58,174 nucleotides of DNA, from IMG/VR virus record IMGVR_UViG_3300018914_000034, positions 1 through 58,174 of that record; one strand, 5' to 3'. Below the pieces are notes generated by a model, which had not been told where the DNA came from, made no database searches, and worked only from the letters and a program-made list of their open reading frames with translations. Of the stretch, positions 16,905-26,970 are shown piece after piece. A program made the position numbers and the translations under genes. Each line of letters begins with the position of its first letter. Positions within the stretch are counted from its first letter, which is position 1. The DNA comes from a virus (lineage: Duplodnaviria > Caudoviricetes).

Positions 16905-18173
16905 TTAAGAAAATTCGACTGCGACCCGTCCCGCGCCGAACGTCCCGTTCGGGAACGCTGCCCCGGTGCCATCCCGAGAGACCGTCAGGAGTTGGATCGC
17001 CATGATCCGGAGAGCGTTCAAGGACCCTCTTGTGATGAACCCGCCTTGTGTGGAGATCCGATAGCCGGTCCCGTCAGTGTACGACAAAACGCGAGCGTGA
17101 AAACCGAACGCCGTCATGTCTGCCAGATTGGATCCTCTATCGAGGGATATCTCTGCATCGAACATTACAGGAGGAATCAGAGAGGGGTGAGCGATCGCCG
17201 GTTGCCCGAGGAGCCACGCCGAATTTGAGTTGCTCTCTGTGACGACGCTCGTCGTGCTTCCTTGCACGTTCATCGTGTGCATCCCGCTTCCGTAGCTGCC
17301 GGCAGATGTGAGAAACCCCGATCCGTTTCCACTTACGCGGATTGCGGCGTAGCTGTTGTGCGGGAGATACGAATAACCATGAACGCGGCAAACCTTAGCC
17401 CAGGAAGGAACAGCGATCTCAAGCGTCTGCTTTCCCGAAAGGTCTAGCCTCTTTTGGTGAGCGTTCTCGAAATGGAATGGCGCCCAAGGTGTCCAGGCTG
17501 TATTCCGCAGGAAACGGACATAAGAGGGGAAGAGTGCCCGATCCTGGTCGAACCTCGTGTAATCATGGGCGATCTGGATCGCCTGGTCCGCCCCTGTATC
17601 GTCGACGATACACTCGATAAGCCAGGGATTGCCCGAAGCCGGAGTGTTCGGCGCCGTGCTTGAGAAAAGCCGCCGGCCGTTCTCAAGAAACAGGTTCGGA
17701 GACGTGTTGACCGGCGCCGGCGTCAGCTTGCCGCGCGGTCCCGTCGCATTGGAGAGGTCCGCGAGAGCCTTTCCGCCGACGACAGTCGTAAGCGCGCCCA
17801 GGTCGGTTCGGAGGGTCCCGATCTCGGCGCGCTGTGCCGGCGTGACGAAAACCCTCGACGCCGTCTCGTTGACTTGCGTCGCCGGGAGGGTGCTCGCGAG
17901 GATCGAATCAACGATCGCCTGCGCGGCCGCCATATCCTCCTCCAGTTGGTCGAGCGCGGCTTGGGTTTCCGCGATCTTCGGCGCGAGCTCGGCGTCGATC
18001 CGCGCAAGGCCGAATTGCCGGAGCTCGTCGATCACGCCCTGGACCTCGACCCGTTTCGCCTCGAGCGCTCTCAAGCGGGAGGCGACCGAGCCAAGAACGG
18101 CGTCCCATGTAGCCGGATTGAGCCGCGTCGAGGGGTCCGACTTATAGTCGTTATCAGCGGAGGGAATCGCCAT
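16905..18173 (-). CDS. Second tail fibre/receptor-binding protein
   Basis: Coiled-coil N-terminus, FVTPAQRAEI and KALADLSN fibre motifs, lower-GC beta-rich C-terminal half. Confidence 0.75.
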   Translation of the reverse strand: MAIPSADNDYKSDPSTRLNPATWDAVLGSVASRLRALEAKRVEVQGVIDELRQFGLARIDAELAPKIAETQAALDQLEEDMAAAQAIVDSILASTLPATQVNETASRVFVTPAQRAEIGTLRTDLGALTTVVGGKALADLSNATGPRGKLTPAPVNTSPNLFLENGRRLFSSTAPNTPASGNPWLIECIVDDTGADQAIQIAHDYTRFDQDRALFPSYVRFLRNTAWTPWAPFHFENAHQKRLDLSGKQTLEIAVPSWAKVCRVHGYSYLPHNSYAAIRVSGNGSGFLTSAGSYGSGMHTMNVQGSTTSVVTESNSNSAWLLGQPAIAHPSLIPPVMFDAEISLDRGSNLADMTAFGFHARVLSYTDGTGYRISTQGGFITRGSLNALRIMAIQLLTVSRDGTGAAFPNGTFGAGRVAVEFS

Positions 18174-18357
18174 CGCGTGACTCCTCCGTAGGGGTCGCGG
18201 AATCGAGCGCGTCCTCGCCCTCGACCTCGAGGATCTGTTTCAGGACCTTGCCCTTGATCTCGTGAACCGGGAGAGGCCGAAGCTCGACCTTTCCCCATTT
18301 CACAGGACGGGTGAATTTGACGAGATAGACCCTCTCGTCGTCATAGGTGTCCGCCAT
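18154..18357 (-). CDS. Small hypothetical baseplate-region protein
   Basis: AAGGGAG RBS, 67 aa, fills the gap in a tight operon. Confidence 0.75.
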   Translation of the reverse strand: MADTYDDERVYLVKFTRPVKWGKVELRPLPVHEIKGKVLKQILEVEGEDALDSATPTEESRDGDSLR

Positions 18358-18370
18358 TGCCGGATCTCCC

Positions 18371-20674
18371 TTAGAGCGCAAACAGCGCCGTATTTTGGAT
18401 GAAGGCGACGTTGACGACATTCGTCGTCGCCAGCCCCGGCGCGTTCCGGACGACGCTCGTTCCGGCCGGGACCGTGTAGGTCGATAACACCGCACGCCTG
18501 CTCGGCTTGTCCGGATCGATCTCCGTCGTGCTCGTGTCCGGAGAGATCAGCGCCGGCCCGTTGTTGACCATGATCCGCGGCGTGAAGGTGTGGACCGCCG
18601 GATCGAAGTCGTCGAGGACCTCGAGCGTCTGGATCTGCGTCGTGGTCAGGCCAAGGTTGATCGCCTTGGAGACCGCGCGCATATCCGCACGGACCCGCGC
18701 GGTCCGGACGACCGCATCCGCCGTGAGCTCGATCATGGGAGCGAGATCCGGCGTCGCGATCAACGTCGCGCGGAGCTCAACGAACGCCGGGAGTCCGGTT
18801 AACGGATTGGACCCGACGGCCGTCGGCTCGAGTTTCGACCAGGACGCGGCGCCGATGGGTTTGATCTCCCAGGCGATCGCCGTCCCCTCCGGAGCCCAGG
18901 ACGGATAGAGGAGCCGGAACTCCGTCATTCCGTTCTCGAGCGTCATGGGCTTGAAGTTGATCACGGTCCGGACGTTCTCAAACCGCGCCGCGTTGATCCG
19001 GAAATGGAAGTCGAACGAGAGATCGCCCTGGCTCCAAGCTCCATCGGTAGAGAGGAACGAGGTTCCACCCGTAAAGGCATTGTTCCCGGTTCCGCGGAGT
19101 TGGTGATTTCCGGTCGTGACGGTGTACCAGGCATAACGAGAGCCAGGCGTGAGGTAGGTCAGTGGAATCGGGATCTTGTTCCAGCCGAGAACGATGTTCG
19201 CCGCCGGCACGGTTGCGGTCGCGAGCGCGTAATCATAGAGCGGCGCGCCGGTGCTGTCCGTCTCGACGAGAAACAGATGGACGGCGCCGTCGTTCGCGAC
19301 ACGCGAGAAATCGAGCTCGACAGAGGTCGCGATCATCGGTTGAGCGACGAGGAACGACTGGCCGTAGATCGAGCCATTGATTCCGACCTCCGTCGTGTTG
19401 TGCTCGACGTAGGTGTCATAGAGCGTCTTTACCTTGAGGGTGCGGACACCCCAAAAGTCGTGATTTTTCCCCTTGTTGTCGATGATCTTGCTATCGACGA
19501 CGTAAACCTCCCCATCTTTGGAAAAGATCGTCCCGATCTCAGCATTGATGAGGTAGCGGCTCCATTCGGCCTGATTGGAGCAATAGCCTACCGTCGGGCC
19601 GTACTCCCAAACGTTGCGCGCGACTGTCTTAATCTTCGTCGTCGTGACGGTGTGAACCTGTTGCGAAATATCACGCGTCGCGGATCCGCCCTCATTCCAG
19701 ATCCGTTTGACCTCCGTCCACGTCGGCATCATCCGCCGGCCGGCAAACTTAATGAGCGAGGAATCCTCGTTCACGAGCTCAAGGCGCGTTTCCTGTACGG
19801 CCGCGTAAGGATGCTGGATTCCCTCGGCGATCCGCGCCAGCCAGCCTGCATGGGAGGCGTCCCACTGTGAGGCGGGATTGCCGGGAGGAATCAGGCCGGG
19901 ATCGTACCAGTCTGAGCGAGCTCCGGCCGGGACGTCGATCTGCCGCCGCATAGCCGCGACGTCGCGACGCAACTCGCGGATGATGTGAGGCCGCGGGACG
20001 GGAAGCGCCTTCACGGTCGCGTTGAGGTTCGCGAGGTCCGTCTCGAGCGTCGAAATACGACCGTTCGACTTCTCGAACTGGATCTCGATCGCGGTGACAC
20101 GCCCCTCAACCTCGTGAAGGGTCTTCGCGCGCCACGCATTGCCGGGGGCGATATCGAGGATCCCGGTCGTGCCCAGCAGCACAAAGGCGATGCAGCTCTG
20201 CCCGGCCGGCACGGCAGGCTTTGAGGGATCTGCGGCAATCTCCACCGGCCCCGGCTGCGGGATGATCTTTACACGGCGGTCGACGACCTTCGGCACCGAC
20301 ATCAACACGGTGTTCTCCGTGTCCGGGTCCGTCTCGATTCGACGAAAGCCGTTCTCTGTTACCTCCTCACCCTGCGCCACAAGCCCAACCCAACGGCGAT
20401 TGCTGGTAATGGTCGGGAGGTAGAACATGAGGTCGACTTCGATCGCCTCGTCCGCCGAGTAGACGATGTCACCGTTGAACAGGCGCCCGGGACTCACGAC
20501 GGCAACCACCGGATTGGAGGCGCTCTTCTTCGCGACGGTGAAGGCAGCCCAGTGGTTCGGGTAGCCAACCGCACCTTCGACCACATGATCGACGCCCTCT
20601 CGCGCGAAAAGGGAGATATTGTCGAAGTCCTGCTGTTGCGCGACTTCGGCCTCGGCAAAGAGAATAGCCTTCAT
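18371..20674 (-). CDS. Large baseplate/tail structural protein
   Basis: 767 aa beta-rich with a coiled coil and a GQSF..SVELDF motif; follows gpI. Confidence 0.75.
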   Translation of the reverse strand: MKAILFAEAEVAQQQDFDNISLFAREGVDHVVEGAVGYPNHWAAFTVAKKSASNPVVAVVSPGRLFNGDIVYSADEAIEVDLMFYLPTITSNRRWVGLVAQGEEVTENGFRRIETDPDTENTVLMSVPKVVDRRVKIIPQPGPVEIAADPSKPAVPAGQSCIAFVLLGTTGILDIAPGNAWRAKTLHEVEGRVTAIEIQFEKSNGRISTLETDLANLNATVKALPVPRPHIIRELRRDVAAMRRQIDVPAGARSDWYDPGLIPPGNPASQWDASHAGWLARIAEGIQHPYAAVQETRLELVNEDSSLIKFAGRRMMPTWTEVKRIWNEGGSATRDISQQVHTVTTTKIKTVARNVWEYGPTVGYCSNQAEWSRYLINAEIGTIFSKDGEVYVVDSKIIDNKGKNHDFWGVRTLKVKTLYDTYVEHNTTEVGINGSIYGQSFLVAQPMIATSVELDFSRVANDGAVHLFLVETDSTGAPLYDYALATATVPAANIVLGWNKIPIPLTYLTPGSRYAWYTVTTGNHQLRGTGNNAFTGGTSFLSTDGAWSQGDLSFDFHFRINAARFENVRTVINFKPMTLENGMTEFRLLYPSWAPEGTAIAWEIKPIGAASWSKLEPTAVGSNPLTGLPAFVELRATLIATPDLAPMIELTADAVVRTARVRADMRAVSKAINLGLTTTQIQTLEVLDDFDPAVHTFTPRIMVNNGPALISPDTSTTEIDPDKPSRRAVLSTYTVPAGTSVVRNAPGLATTNVVNVAFIQNTALFAL

Positions 20675-20685
20675 GCGAGTCCTCG

Positions 20686-21318
20686 TTACAGCGTTGTGCG
20701 GGCGACGAACGCGCCCAGACGGAGATTGTCGGACAGGAGCGGCCCGTCTGAGAGCTTCAGCGGGCGCATGTGAGCAAAATCGACGCGGTATTCGGTGTCG
20801 GGAGCCTTGGCCGCCCGCAGGGCCGCCATGCCCCGCCGGAAAGGCTCGGGGCTGGGTGTCTTGAGCCGATGCCGTCCGATGACCGAGCGGCCCAGGACGA
20901 AAGCACGGGGCGGTGTCTTCGTCTCGATCTTGACCAGGTAGCGTGCGACGAACGGCGGGTGGCCAATAGGCGCCCGCCCGATCACCGAGCGGCCCATGAC
21001 GAAGCGGGCTGGATAGGCAATGGCGTCAAGAAGCTCGGCATCGACGAACGGCAGGAAGCCGAGAACCCCAGCTCGGGTGCCGACCTTTGCGGCAAGGTCG
21101 GAGGACTGGGCGATCATCTGCCGTTTCCGGTCGTCTGCCCAATCGGAATACCAGAGCCGCACTCCCTTATGCTGCGCCAAAAATGGCAGGAACCGTGCCG
21201 GCGTCGTGAGCGGGTCGAGCGCTCGATCCACCGGCACCGGCAACGTGTCGCTCACCGCCTCGGCGATCGAGGCCTCGAGCGGATCCTCGAACGGCAGCAG
21301 GTCTTTGGCCGTCGTCAT
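20686..21318 (-). CDS. Tail protein I (P2 gpI-like)
   Basis: DP..TPARFLPFLA...GV.LW..DW.DDRKR.MI...KVGTRAG. Confidence 0.9.
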   Translation of the reverse strand: MTTAKDLLPFEDPLEASIAEAVSDTLPVPVDRALDPLTTPARFLPFLAQHKGVRLWYSDWADDRKRQMIAQSSDLAAKVGTRAGVLGFLPFVDAELLDAIAYPARFVMGRSVIGRAPIGHPPFVARYLVKIETKTPPRAFVLGRSVIGRHRLKTPSPEPFRRGMAALRAAKAPDTEYRVDFAHMRPLKLSDGPLLSDNLRLGAFVARTTL

Positions 21319-22244
21319 GTCCTGACCTCGTAATCGACGCTGACCTCAGCGCAGACCGGCGCCGTGTAGGGGTGTCTGGCGACGCCAGCGAACGGCATTT
21401 TCCAGCGCACCTTTAAGATGTTCGGCCCATAAGCCGCCCCGATCGGCAAATCCGCCGGCACTTCTCCGCCGATCACCATGCGCTCGTCGGTAGCAGCCTT
21501 GACGCGTGTCCTGGCCTCGTCGGCCACCAAGGCAGGATCAGGTCCCCGCCCTACCTCGGCGGTCAGACCGATCCCGTAGGTGGCGAGTATGGCACCGAAC
21601 ACGCTGACGGCGGTGGCCTCGGACTTCACGCCAGGCTGGTGGATGGCATCGTGGACGGCGCGAATCTCGTCCGCTGTCGGCGGACGTCCGCCTTGCCCCA
21701 GCAGGACGATATCGACGTCGCCCCGTCGCCCGTGTATCGCATGGCCGATCACGGCGACGTCATGGAGCGATGGGACCGCTGTCCAAGCCTCCAGCATGTA
21801 ACGCTCGGCCGACCCGGCCGATGGCTTCTCGAAGGATAGAAAGTAACGGCGCAGGAGCTGCTCGTCGCTCTCCATGACGGCCGCCAAGCCCGTGGCCGGA
21901 TCGGCCGGCACCAGCTCCAGGCGCATCAAGCCCTGATTGGCGACCACGTTATCGAGGTTCGTGCCTTTGGCGAGCGGCGCCAGGACTGCTTTCACCGCAT
22001 CGTTGACGCGGATCCGGTCGAGCGTGCGCAGATAGGCCACAGCCTCCGACACCACGACCGGCAGGTCCGCTTCCACCATGGAGACGTCCCATTCCGGCAG
22101 CGAAGGGTTCTGCGCGCGGCGCGCGGCCCAGATCGCCTTGAACCGGGCGATGAACTCCTGGTGCTTCTCCTCGGCACTGACATCCTCAAGGATGTCGGGT
22201 GCGGGCAGGCGCGAGGTGTCGATCAGATCCAAGACGCTCGCCAT
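21315..22244 (-). CDS. Baseplate J-like protein
   Basis: IDTSRLPAPDILE, AKGTNLD, MESDEQL.RR..L, AGS...Y motifs. Confidence 0.93.
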   Translation of the reverse strand: MASVLDLIDTSRLPAPDILEDVSAEEKHQEFIARFKAIWAARRAQNPSLPEWDVSMVEADLPVVVSEAVAYLRTLDRIRVNDAVKAVLAPLAKGTNLDNVVANQGLMRLELVPADPATGLAAVMESDEQLLRRYFLSFEKPSAGSAERYMLEAWTAVPSLHDVAVIGHAIHGRRGDVDIVLLGQGGRPPTADEIRAVHDAIHQPGVKSEATAVSVFGAILATYGIGLTAEVGRGPDPALVADEARTRVKAATDERMVIGGEVPADLPIGAAYGPNILKVRWKMPFAGVARHPYTAPVCAEVSVDYEVRT

Positions 22245-22258
22245 GGGTGTCCCTTCGT

Positions 22259-22633
22259 TCAGCGTGTCAGGGTGCGATCCTCACCCTCGGGTGTCGGGTC
22301 GCCCAGGTGACCGCGCGGCCTGTATTCTCCGACTAGGCTCATGGAGAGCTGTCCGAGACGCAGCTTTTCAGGCGGATTCTGGGGGCGAGAAAAGGAGATG
22401 TGCTTAATCCGGAAGCGCGGCTCCCAGAGCTCGACGGCAACGATGATCGCCGTGGCGAAGCGCAGAACAGTGGCCCGGTTGATCGGGCGTCCCAGCAGCG
22501 CGGGAACAGCCGAACCATAGGTGCGACGGAGCACCCTTGACCCGATCCGGGTCCGGAAGAGCACATCGAGGGATTGCTGGACATGCGCCCATCCCTCCAG
22601 CGGACGGCCCGTGGTGCGGTCGAAGCCTGCCAT
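22259..22633 (-). CDS. Baseplate wedge gpW/gp25-like
   Basis: HV.QSL..LF.T.IGSRV.RR.YGS, WEPRF. Confidence 0.93.
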   Translation of the reverse strand: MAGFDRTTGRPLEGWAHVQQSLDVLFRTRIGSRVLRRTYGSAVPALLGRPINRATVLRFATAIIVAVELWEPRFRIKHISFSRPQNPPEKLRLGQLSMSLVGEYRPRGHLGDPTPEGEDRTLTR

Positions 22634-22866
22634 CAGTGACTCCGGCGCTGGGGTCTCTTGAGGGAACCGCCCTTGCGGCCCTTGACCTCATGATCAATCG
22701 AGTTGCGGACTGGCTCGGGCGCCTCTGAGGCGACGAAGCCTCGCTCAAGCGGCGTCGCGGCCTCACCATCGGTTAGCCAGAGTTCCTGACCCGTGGAGAC
22801 GCGCCGCCCCAGGATCGCCCCCTGTGCCGCGCCAACTTCAGTCACGAAATACCGGTTGCGATTCAC
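22633..22866 (-). CDS. Small hypothetical protein
   Basis: GTG start overlapping the upstream stop (GTGA); stop overlaps the gp25 ATG. Confidence 0.7.
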   Translation of the reverse strand: MNRNRYFVTEVGAAQGAILGRRVSTGQELWLTDGEAATPLERGFVASEAPEPVRNSIDHEVKGRKGGSLKRPQRRSH

Positions 22867-23744
22867 GACTCTTCGTCTCCGTCGGTTTCCCCGTCCTCCT
22901 CTTCGGGCGGATGGGTCCATTCATGGACGGCCTGCCTCATGGTCGCGAGCGGCCCGGGCCGGACGATGCTCTCGACCAGCGCCTTGGCGCGGGACACCTC
23001 GCCGTCGACGAGGCTGGCGTCCAAGAGCCCGGCCGCCGCTTCCTGCACGAGGGCCACGGCCTCCGCGCTGGCGCGCATCGCCGCGAAGGCCCCGGTGCTG
23101 GCGGAAATGACTGAGTTGATTGCCGAGGTATGGCTCGTCACGATTTCCAGCGCCGCCTCGGGCGTGAGCTCGTTGGCGATGACCTTCTGCGCCAGCGCGG
23201 TTACGAAACCGGTTGCATCCGTCAGTCGCCCCATCTGCTGGAGAGGGCCGACCGCCTGCTCGAACAGGTTGTTCGAGCCGTCGAGCGCAAGCCCGAGCAG
23301 GTCCGAAAGTCCGTGCTCGAGATCCCCCGGCAGTTGAACGCCGGAGAGCAGATTGGTGTGATGCCTGAGCGCATCGACAGCCCCGAGGAGGCCCCCTCCG
23401 CCCTCGCCCAACCCGTTCACCAGGGACTGGATGTTGCCGGGCAGGACGTTGGTCAAGGCCCCGCCCTCGCCGACCACCTGCTGCATGAAGTGATCCTTGA
23501 GCTCACCGATGGTGGCCGGGATCGCCCCCTGCAGCGCGCCTGAGAGCGCGCCGACCGGGTTCTGGAACACGGACGACAGGCCGCCCTGCATCACCTGGTC
23601 TACCAGCCCGCCAAGCCCGCCGAAGCCGATCTTCTTGGCGACTGGCAAGCGGTTGGCGAAGACTCTGACGGCTCCACGGATCGGAGAACCGCCGATGTAG
23701 CGCAGGATCAGCGCAATGCAGACCGCGCGCGAAATGCCGGCCAT
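22863..23744 (-). CDS. Hypothetical protein in the spike-tip position, PAAR-like N-terminal motif
   Basis: GGAG RBS; GSPIRGAVRVFANRLPVAKKIG then a Gly/Leu/Ala-rich helical body. Confidence 0.7.
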   Translation of the reverse strand: MAGISRAVCIALILRYIGGSPIRGAVRVFANRLPVAKKIGFGGLGGLVDQVMQGGLSSVFQNPVGALSGALQGAIPATIGELKDHFMQQVVGEGGALTNVLPGNIQSLVNGLGEGGGGLLGAVDALRHHTNLLSGVQLPGDLEHGLSDLLGLALDGSNNLFEQAVGPLQQMGRLTDATGFVTALAQKVIANELTPEAALEIVTSHTSAINSVISASTGAFAAMRASAEAVALVQEAAAGLLDASLVDGEVSRAKALVESIVRPGPLATMRQAVHEWTHPPEEEDGETDGDEES

Positions 23745-23753
23745 GACGGGCTC

Positions 23754-24269
23754 CTAGTTAAGATCGATCCGGCTCGCAGCCGCCCTGACCTGGTTTCGCA
23801 AGAGGCGTACCAGGGAGCCGCCGACCTTGGAGGAGACGGCCTTTTCGAGCACCTCATGCGCAGCCTGGGGCCCGACCTCCTGTCTAATCTGCCCCTTGCG
23901 GACGGTTTGCTTGGACTTCCCGTAGGTGGTCACGTGCTCGTCGCCGCGGCTCGACGGTGACGGGTTCTGGTTGGACCAGGTGAAGGGCACCGCGTAGCCT
24001 CGGCGGAAATCCCCGTCGGGACAAACGAAGATCATCTGCTGCCCCTTGCTCGGAGGGCTGTGGACTTTCAGTTCGCCGGCAACCTGGGAATACGGAACCC
24101 AAGGGGAGAGGAAGGGGCTGGCCTCGGTGCCGCCGAGCAGGAGACGCACCCGCTGTTTGGCCGGATCGACCTCATGCACAACGCCTGGGCGCTGGCTGTT
24201 CTCGAAGCGCCGCTGCAACTCGGTGACAGTAAAATCAAACCCGATGAGAAAGTCGATCAGGTCCGACAT
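23754..24269 (-). CDS. Baseplate spike gpV-like
   Basis: G.V.EVD....RVRL, SPWVP, PPSKGQQ..V.PDGD OB-fold motif. Confidence 0.9.
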   Translation of the reverse strand: MSDLIDFLIGFDFTVTELQRRFENSQRPGVVHEVDPAKQRVRLLLGGTEASPFLSPWVPYSQVAGELKVHSPPSKGQQMIFVCPDGDFRRGYAVPFTWSNQNPSPSSRGDEHVTTYGKSKQTVRKGQIRQEVGPQAAHEVLEKAVSSKVGGSLVRLLRNQVRAAASRIDLN

Positions 24270-24272
24270 CAG

Positions 24273-25091
24273 TTATCTCTCCGGCTCAAGCGGGTTCGTA
24301 CTGCTGGGGGTGACGGTGATCATCCTGTCAGGACTGGCGATCGTGGCCTCCGCCAGGCTCGGCGCCTCACCCGTCGCGGTTCGGCTGTAAGGCGCGAAGC
24401 CGGCGTTCCGCACCCGCGCATCGGTCCAGCCGCGGGAGGCCTGGAAGCGGCGCCAGGACGGCATGTCGCTGCCGTTCTCGATCTCTTCCCGCAGCACCTT
24501 GGCGAGATCCTCGAGGTCCTCCTGCTGCTCCATCAAGGCAATGAGGCGCCCCCAGGGGCTGTCGGCGGGGATCGTCTCGCCGAAATCCGGCTCGGGGATC
24601 GGGTCGCAGACCAGCACGAGCTGCTTGGCGGCGAACCTCACCCCCTGTTCGGCACTGGCGCCGCGACGCCCCATCACGCGGATGAGCCGCCCGGTGAACT
24701 CCTTGAACAGCTCGGCCCAGGGGTCCCTCGGGTCCATGAGCGCCCGCATGATCTGGCGCTGCATGAAGCCGAGTGCGGCCTCCATGCCCGCGTCCGTATG
24801 CGGGATCTGGATCTCGATCTCGGTGTTGCCGTCCTTGCCCTTGGCTTCGACGTAGGTCGCCAGCACCGACTCGAAGACCACCTCCAGCTCGCGGTTGCCC
24901 CGCAGCAGATCCCACTCCCGGACGTCGACCCTGTCGTCATCCGTCGAGAGAATGACGAGCGCCTCGCGCTCGGACGGAACGGTTTGATCGACCGGCACGA
25001 TCATCGAGTCGTAGATACGGCTCCCGGCGTAAGTATCGCCGAGGATGGCGCGCTCGCCGCAGATCCGGATCGCGAAGGGCACGAGACTCAC
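24273..25091 (-). CDS. Putative tail terminator/completion protein
   Basis: Position between head-tail adaptor and gpV; T.AG.RIYDS...P motif; GTGA overlap. Confidence 0.65.
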   Translation of the reverse strand: MSLVPFAIRICGERAILGDTYAGSRIYDSMIVPVDQTVPSEREALVILSTDDDRVDVREWDLLRGNRELEVVFESVLATYVEAKGKDGNTEIEIQIPHTDAGMEAALGFMQRQIMRALMDPRDPWAELFKEFTGRLIRVMGRRGASAEQGVRFAAKQLVLVCDPIPEPDFGETIPADSPWGRLIALMEQQEDLEDLAKVLREEIENGSDMPSWRRFQASRGWTDARVRNAGFAPYSRTATGEAPSLAEATIASPDRMITVTPSSTNPLEPER

Positions 25092-25498
25092 GGCTGGTTC
25101 TCCGCGATGAGGTCCAGGGTGTGGTCGCCCAGGTGCGAGGGCGGATCCTTGGCGATGCTGTAGCGCCCGGCGCCGTGCCCCTCCGGGATGACCACGTGGT
25201 CGCCCCGGCGCAGCGGGTAGCCGAGCGTCGTGTAGACGGCCGCCCGGATCGCCAGCGTCGCCCGCGCCACCTGACGGTGGCCGAAGCCTTCCATCTCCGA
25301 GCCCTTGCGGGAGCCCTGGAAGCTGTCGAGGCCGGGCTTGAGGGTGAGCTTCGCCTGAATGGTTCTCGGCGGCCGCGCCGGATCCGGCCGGGCGCCGAGG
25401 CGCTGGTGTTCGATCATCGGGATGATCTGGACGGATCTGGCAAAGATCGCGTCCAGCCTCTCCCGCGCCGAAGGCCAGGCCTGCGCGAAGGTCGGCAT
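25088..25498 (-). CDS. Putative head-tail joining (FII-like) protein
   Basis: LRRGDHVVI...RYSI..P motif; position after the capsid genes. Confidence 0.65.
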   Translation of the reverse strand: MPTFAQAWPSARERLDAIFARSVQIIPMIEHQRLGARPDPARPPRTIQAKLTLKPGLDSFQGSRKGSEMEGFGHRQVARATLAIRAAVYTTLGYPLRRGDHVVIPEGHGAGRYSIAKDPPSHLGDHTLDLIAENQP

Positions 25499-25502
25499 CG
25501 GG

Positions 25503-25862
25503 TTACTGCTGCTTCTGCAGCAGGGCGATGATGGCGGCCTCGTCCATGTCGAGCTGGACCGCCAGGCCCTTCTCGGTAGCGAGCTTAATGAGCTCGTCAC
25601 GGGAGAGCTTCGTCAGATCCTTCGGAGGGTCGGAGGGCTTCTCCTCCTTCGACGGCTTGGCACCCTTCGACTTCTTGCCCTCGGGCTCGACCTCAACGGC
25701 GAACCTGTCGTCGATGAGGTGGCGGCCATAGGCCTCCGGGACCTCGATCGGCTCGTGCGGCGGCACCACCTTGTCGGGGGTGCCGGGGGCGGACTTCCCG
25801 AACACGGAGGCCGGAATGCGGAGGCCGCGCGGCCCCGCGATGACAATGGTCTTTGCAGACAT
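25503..25862 (-). CDS. Hypothetical protein with C-terminal HeH/Rho-N-like motif
   Basis: DLTKLSRDELIKLATEKGL..AAIIALL; follows the major capsid gene. Confidence 0.7.
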   Translation of the reverse strand: MSAKTIVIAGPRGLRIPASVFGKSAPGTPDKVVPPHEPIEVPEAYGRHLIDDRFAVEVEPEGKKSKGAKPSKEEKPSDPPKDLTKLSRDELIKLATEKGLAVQLDMDEAAIIALLQKQQ

Positions 25863-25890
25863 CGGTTGAACTTTCAGGCTGGCGGCCAGG

Positions 25891-25917
25891 AAAGCCGGAG
25901 CGGTCACCCGCTCCGGC
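25891..25917 (-). terminator. Hairpin after the major capsid gene
   Basis: 10-bp stem GCCGGAGCGG-TCAC-CCGCTCCGGC, then TTT on the minus strand. Confidence 0.5.
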
Positions 25918-25946
25918 GGTTCATCTGGTCAGGTTCGTCCCTCGGC

Positions 25947-26957
25947 TCAGGTGAGCGTCAGCCGGCGCAGAACCTTCGGGTTGGTGCACAGCGAGATGGC
26001 GTTCATCTGCACCTGCAGCTTCCGCCCCTTGCCGTCGTCGCGTTCCCACTGCTTGGCATAGAATGGCAGACCGACCGTGTTGACCGTCTCTATGTAATCC
26101 GCTGGCGCGAACCGGGTCAGGAAGAGATCGGGCACCCCGAGCGGCACCACCCGCGCCTCGTTGGCCGCGATGTAGGGCGCGCCGAGATCGGTGGTGGCCT
26201 TCGCGCCCGTGCGGTAGCGCTCCCAGGTCGCGCCGCCGAACTCGAACTTGTCCGGCACGTCCTGACGGAGAATCCCGGCGCCCGATCCGTAAAGGAAGGT
26301 CTCGCGCACGGCCTTGTGCTGCCACAGGGCCTTGTGGAAGTCGCGACCGGTGAAGACATGCAGGCCGCTATAGGTTTCGTCGAGCGCATCCTCGATCGAA
26401 TAGACCACGTCCTGCCAGATCTCGCCGACCTTGGTCGACTCGACATCGAGCTCGAGCGAGACAGCCGCCGGCACCGCAATGCCGAAGCGGGAGTAGAGGT
26501 CGTGGAGGACCGTGCCCGACTTCGACGTGACGATGCCCTTGATCGCGCCGACGCGCTGGTGTTCCAGCGTCATGGTGAGATCGGCCGCATGGCGCTGCGC
26601 CTTGCGCTCGACCCGCTCCTGGAGCAGCTCCAGGCGGTCCTCGCTGCCAAAGGCGCGCACGTTCTGGACCTCGTCGGCCAGAATGGAATCGTCGCGCTGG
26701 TAGTGATCGACCTCGAACGGGATCTTGGTGCGCTTCTCGTCGTCGGTGGTCTCACCGGGACCGCCGCGCTCGGTCGGCTCCACGAGGGCGAGCTTGCCCT
26801 CCCGCAGCTCGATCGACACGATGGTCGTGGTAACGCCATCCTCGTCGAAGATGCCGGTGGCCGATACCTGACCGGGGCGGTAGGGTTCGCGGTTGACGGC
26901 GGCGGTCAGGCTCTGCAGGGAGAAGCCATCGCCATTCCAAATATCTTCTGCTGCCAT
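25947..26957 (-). CDS. Major capsid protein (lambda gpE family)
   Basis: FSLQSLTAAVN..PY.PG, ADEVQNVRAFG, FAPADYIETVNT.GLPFYA; AAGGAG RBS. Confidence 0.95.
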   Translation of the reverse strand: MAAEDIWNGDGFSLQSLTAAVNREPYRPGQVSATGIFDEDGVTTTIVSIELREGKLALVEPTERGGPGETTDDEKRTKIPFEVDHYQRDDSILADEVQNVRAFGSEDRLELLQERVERKAQRHAADLTMTLEHQRVGAIKGIVTSKSGTVLHDLYSRFGIAVPAAVSLELDVESTKVGEIWQDVVYSIEDALDETYSGLHVFTGRDFHKALWQHKAVRETFLYGSGAGILRQDVPDKFEFGGATWERYRTGAKATTDLGAPYIAANEARVVPLGVPDLFLTRFAPADYIETVNTVGLPFYAKQWERDDGKGRKLQVQMNAISLCTNPKVLRRLTLT

Positions 26958-26970
26958 GGGATGGCTCTCC

